The translations under genes were made by a program, and so were the position numbers. Below, piece by piece: positions 61,464 through 64,000 of a DNA stretch of 64,000 nt (positions are counted from its first letter, which is position 1; the number at the start of each line of letters is the position of its first letter). The stretch comes from Escherichia phage vB_EcoM_JN03. The stretch is from the sequence record OR885871. One strand, 5' to 3'. Below the pieces are notes generated by a model. It did not search any database and was not told where the DNA came from. It saw only the letters and a program-made list of their open reading frames with translations.

Positions 61464-63797
61464 ATGAGCAATGTAGACCTATTATCAAAATTTGGTTCGC
61501 TGTTGAAAGAAGCGGACACTCCTGTTTCTGTTGAAGCACCATTTGAAATCCGTGGGGAAATTACCCACAAACTGACTTTCCATCGCGGTCGCGCTAAAAA
61601 CTTCCGTTCCATCGGTAATGAATTCATGGAAATTGATTACCAACGCAATTCGGCAACCTTGGTTACATCCGATGACAATGGGGCGGGCAAATCTACAATG
61701 CTTGTTTGGCTGTTGTTCTTCGTTCTGTATAATGACACATACAGCAAGAAAGAAAAGAAAGCCGGATTAGTCAATTCCCAAAACAAAAAGGAATGCGTGG
61801 GTGAAGTTGAGTTCTCTACTCGCGGAAGTGAATGGAAAGTCCGTCGTGGTATCAAACCTGATTTCGTAGAAGTCTATCAGATGGTAGACGGTGAGTGGAA
61901 GAAGGTCGTGAATGATGCGGCCAAAGCCGACATGAACAAATATATCGTGAACCTGATTGGCGTAGACCAGAAGATGTTTGAGAACTCCCTGGTTCTGGGC
62001 AAAGAGAAGTTCATCCCATTCACGGAAATGTACACTGCCGACCGTCGCGCTATGGTAGAGACAATCTGGGATTTGGGGTTCTTCAGTCTGATGAATGAAG
62101 ATGTAAAAGCATCTATCAAGACAGTAACGAATGAACTCACGACGGTCACCAATGATTACGCCTTTCATGATGTGAATCTAAAAGGCCAGCAAGCGCAGTT
62201 GGAACAGATCAATAATTCCAATGCGATGATCCAGCAACAATCTGCGGATATTCTTGTCCAAGAGAAGGAACGTCTGAATAGCCTGAATTCAGATATCGGC
62301 GCAGTGCAGGAACAACTGACAGAGTCCCGTGCTCAAGACTCTAAATTGGAATCAGAATTATCAGATGTTCGAAATAGACTGAATGCCGAAATGAAAGGGG
62401 ATATCGATGCCATCAATGAAGAGTATGCGGCCAAAATCCAAGCGGTTCAGGATGAGGCTGATACCAAGGCTGAAGACTATGAGCGTATCGAGGTGTCTGA
62501 TGGCGAACGTTCATTACAAGAAATTCGGGAGAGAATGGCGGTAGTCGCGGAACGTAAAAATGATCTGGTCAGCCAACGGAATGCTAACCTGGATGAACTG
62601 AACAAAGCATTAGCGCGGCGTCAGCAGGGTGAGAACTTCCGTATCAAATTCGTAACAGAAATGGAAGGACATGAATCTGCCATCAAACGTTTCCACGATA
62701 TGGGCACTTGCCCTACGTGTACGCAATTAGTGTCGGACGATACCAAATCACGCATTGAAAGTCAATATTATCCACAAATCAGTGAACTGACTGACAAGAT
62801 TCTTCAGGTTGATACAGCCCTAGAAGAAGTGAATTCCCTGATTGAGAATTACAATGTCAGAGATTCAGAATTATCTTCTCAGATTTCGGTTATTGACAAA
62901 GAACTGGATGCTTTGCGCAATGAAATCCGAGAAGCGGAATCAGCGATCGCTACATTAAAACGCGACATCCAAGGATTCTATGATGTCGCTGCTGTTGAGA
63001 AAACATCTTTACAGCGGGAACAACAGTCCAAAATTAACGACGTCCTCAAGGCCGTAGACACCCGTTACGAAGATATCACGACGTCAATCCGTCAAGCGCG
63101 TGAGCAGCTCTCTAAGAGTATCAACGACACGGCTGATAAACTCACCAGCCTGAAATCACGCCGTGCCCCTCTGGAGGCATCCATTGCCGATTTAGAGCGT
63201 AAATTGGCGGTTAAGCCGACACCAACTGACGCCCTGGAAGGAGAGATCGCTCGCATCACGGCATTAATGGAAGATCTGAATGCGCGGCGCGTAGAGTTGG
63301 ATGAGAAATTGCAAGACCTGAACCATCTTCTGTTCTTCCTAAAAGATGATCAGACCAAGGCTCGAATTATCAGCCTGTATTTGCCTTTCCTCAATAGTAA
63401 AATAAACGAGTATCTTGAAGCACTCAATATGTTCTTGGATATTGCTGTTGATGATACATTTGAAATCACCATGAGCGCTGCAGGTCGTAAAGGGCAAAGC
63501 ATCTTCTCGTTATCTACTGGTCAGCGTAGTCGCCTGAACCTGGCTGTGACATTAGCTTTACGAGATGTTGCAAACCTCAAGGCGTCGGTGCAATGTAACC
63601 TGTTTGTGCTAGATGAAATCCTTGAGAACATGAGCGAGCGCGGCGTACAAGAATCGGTTGAGATGCTGAAGCATAAATTTGGCGGGAACAATCTGTTCGT
63701 TATCAGTCAACGCGAGCAGGAATTCCAAGAGTATTTCCAACACAACATCCGTTATGGTCTGCGTAATGGCATGACTGAAGTGATTAAGAAGGATTGA
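61464..63797 (+). CDS. gp46: Recombination ATPase subunit gp46 (Rad50/SbcC-like)
   Basis: Walker A DDNGAGKST, long central coiled coil with CPTC zinc hook, signature LSTGQRSRLNLA, Walker B LFVLDEILE. Confidence 0.85.
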   Translation: MSNVDLLSKFGSLLKEADTPVSVEAPFEIRGEITHKLTFHRGRAKNFRSIGNEFMEIDYQRNSATLVTSDDNGAGKSTMLVWLLFFVLYNDTYSKKEKKAGLVNSQNKKECVGEVEFSTRGSEWKVRRGIKPDFVEVYQMVDGEWKKVVNDAAKADMNKYIVNLIGVDQKMFENSLVLGKEKFIPFTEMYTADRRAMVETIWDLGFFSLMNEDVKASIKTVTNELTTVTNDYAFHDVNLKGQQAQLEQINNSNAMIQQQSADILVQEKERLNSLNSDIGAVQEQLTESRAQDSKLESELSDVRNRLNAEMKGDIDAINEEYAAKIQAVQDEADTKAEDYERIEVSDGERSLQEIRERMAVVAERKNDLVSQRNANLDELNKALARRQQGENFRIKFVTEMEGHESAIKRFHDMGTCPTCTQLVSDDTKSRIESQYYPQISELTDKILQVDTALEEVNSLIENYNVRDSELSSQISVIDKELDALRNEIREAESAIATLKRDIQGFYDVAAVEKTSLQREQQSKINDVLKAVDTRYEDITTSIRQAREQLSKSINDTADKLTSLKSRRAPLEASIADLERKLAVKPTPTDALEGEIARITALMEDLNARRVELDEKLQDLNHLLFFLKDDQTKARIISLYLPFLNSKINEYLEALNMFLDIAVDDTFEITMSAAGRKGQSIFSLSTGQRSRLNLAVTLALRDVANLKASVQCNLFVLDEILENMSERGVQESVEMLKHKFGGNNLFVISQREQEFQEYFQHNIRYGLRNGMTEVIKKD

Positions 63798-63800
63798 ACA

Positions 63801-63974
63801 TGAACTGGGATCATCTGTGGTTGGCTATCAGTGTCTTTATGTTCTTTGATGCGTTGTTGGGAACGTACGAGATGAGTAGGGAGTCCAGAGTCGGGGTGAT
63901 GGTTTGTTGTTCCCTTATCGGCGTGGTATCCCTTTATTTCGCTATTGGGTTTGCCGCAGAGATCTTCAAATGAA
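63801..63974 (+). CDS. Small membrane protein (57 aa), below the ORF-track cutoff
   Basis: ATG with RBS gaagga; two hydrophobic segments (LWLAISVFMFF, VMVCCSLIGVVSLYFAIGF). Confidence 0.45.
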
Positions 63975-64000
63975 AGTTGTCCACTTCAAGAAGGAACCAT

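Noticed and set aside
1-64000. Prophage or integrated-element features (integrase, att sites, host flanks).
   Set aside because: None seen; gene content is uniformly lytic-phage-like, so the window is virion genome rather than a prophage.

Overview
The window is a contiguous piece of a T4-superfamily myovirus genome with almost every gene on the + strand and no integrase or host genes. It opens with a 5'-truncated tailspike gene followed by three more tailspike genes that share a conserved ~150-aa attachment module. This multi-tailspike arrangement resembles Ackermannviridae (ViI-like) phages, but that placement is inference only. A 1612-aa structural protein follows, then a T4-ordered morphogenesis block: neck gp13/gp14, gp15, terminase gp16/gp17, sheath gp18, a GIY-YIG homing endonuclease, tube gp19, portal gp20, core proteins, protease gp21, scaffold gp22 and major capsid gp23. 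After a stretch of small genes come uvsY-like and uvsW, the gp45-gp44-gp62-regA replication block, and a ~12-kb accessory early region, then a DinG-like helicase, RNase HI, late sigma gp55 and gp47/gp46 (Mre11/Rad50). Most notable observations: (1) a 159-aa mini-intein inserted exactly between the K and T of the terminase Walker A motif; (2) an acyl-carrier-protein look-alike whose phosphopantetheine-acceptor Ser is replaced by Asp; (3) a 738-aa vWA-domain protein translationally coupled to a small ORF; (4) a 2-TM protein coupled to an SPFH-domain lipoprotein, beside secreted proteins, a ParB/Srx-like protein and an HU-like protein; (5) two uncharacterised large proteins where T4 would have DNA polymerase after regA; (6) recurring terminator-promoter cassettes and a CTAAATAC late-promoter-like box. 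Candidates for an undescribed system are concentrated in 44.7-56.4 kb, but none could be assigned a function from sequence alone. All homology calls come from reading the translated ORFs against remembered family motifs; no database search was run. Coordinates of non-coding motifs are approximate (+/- 2 nt).
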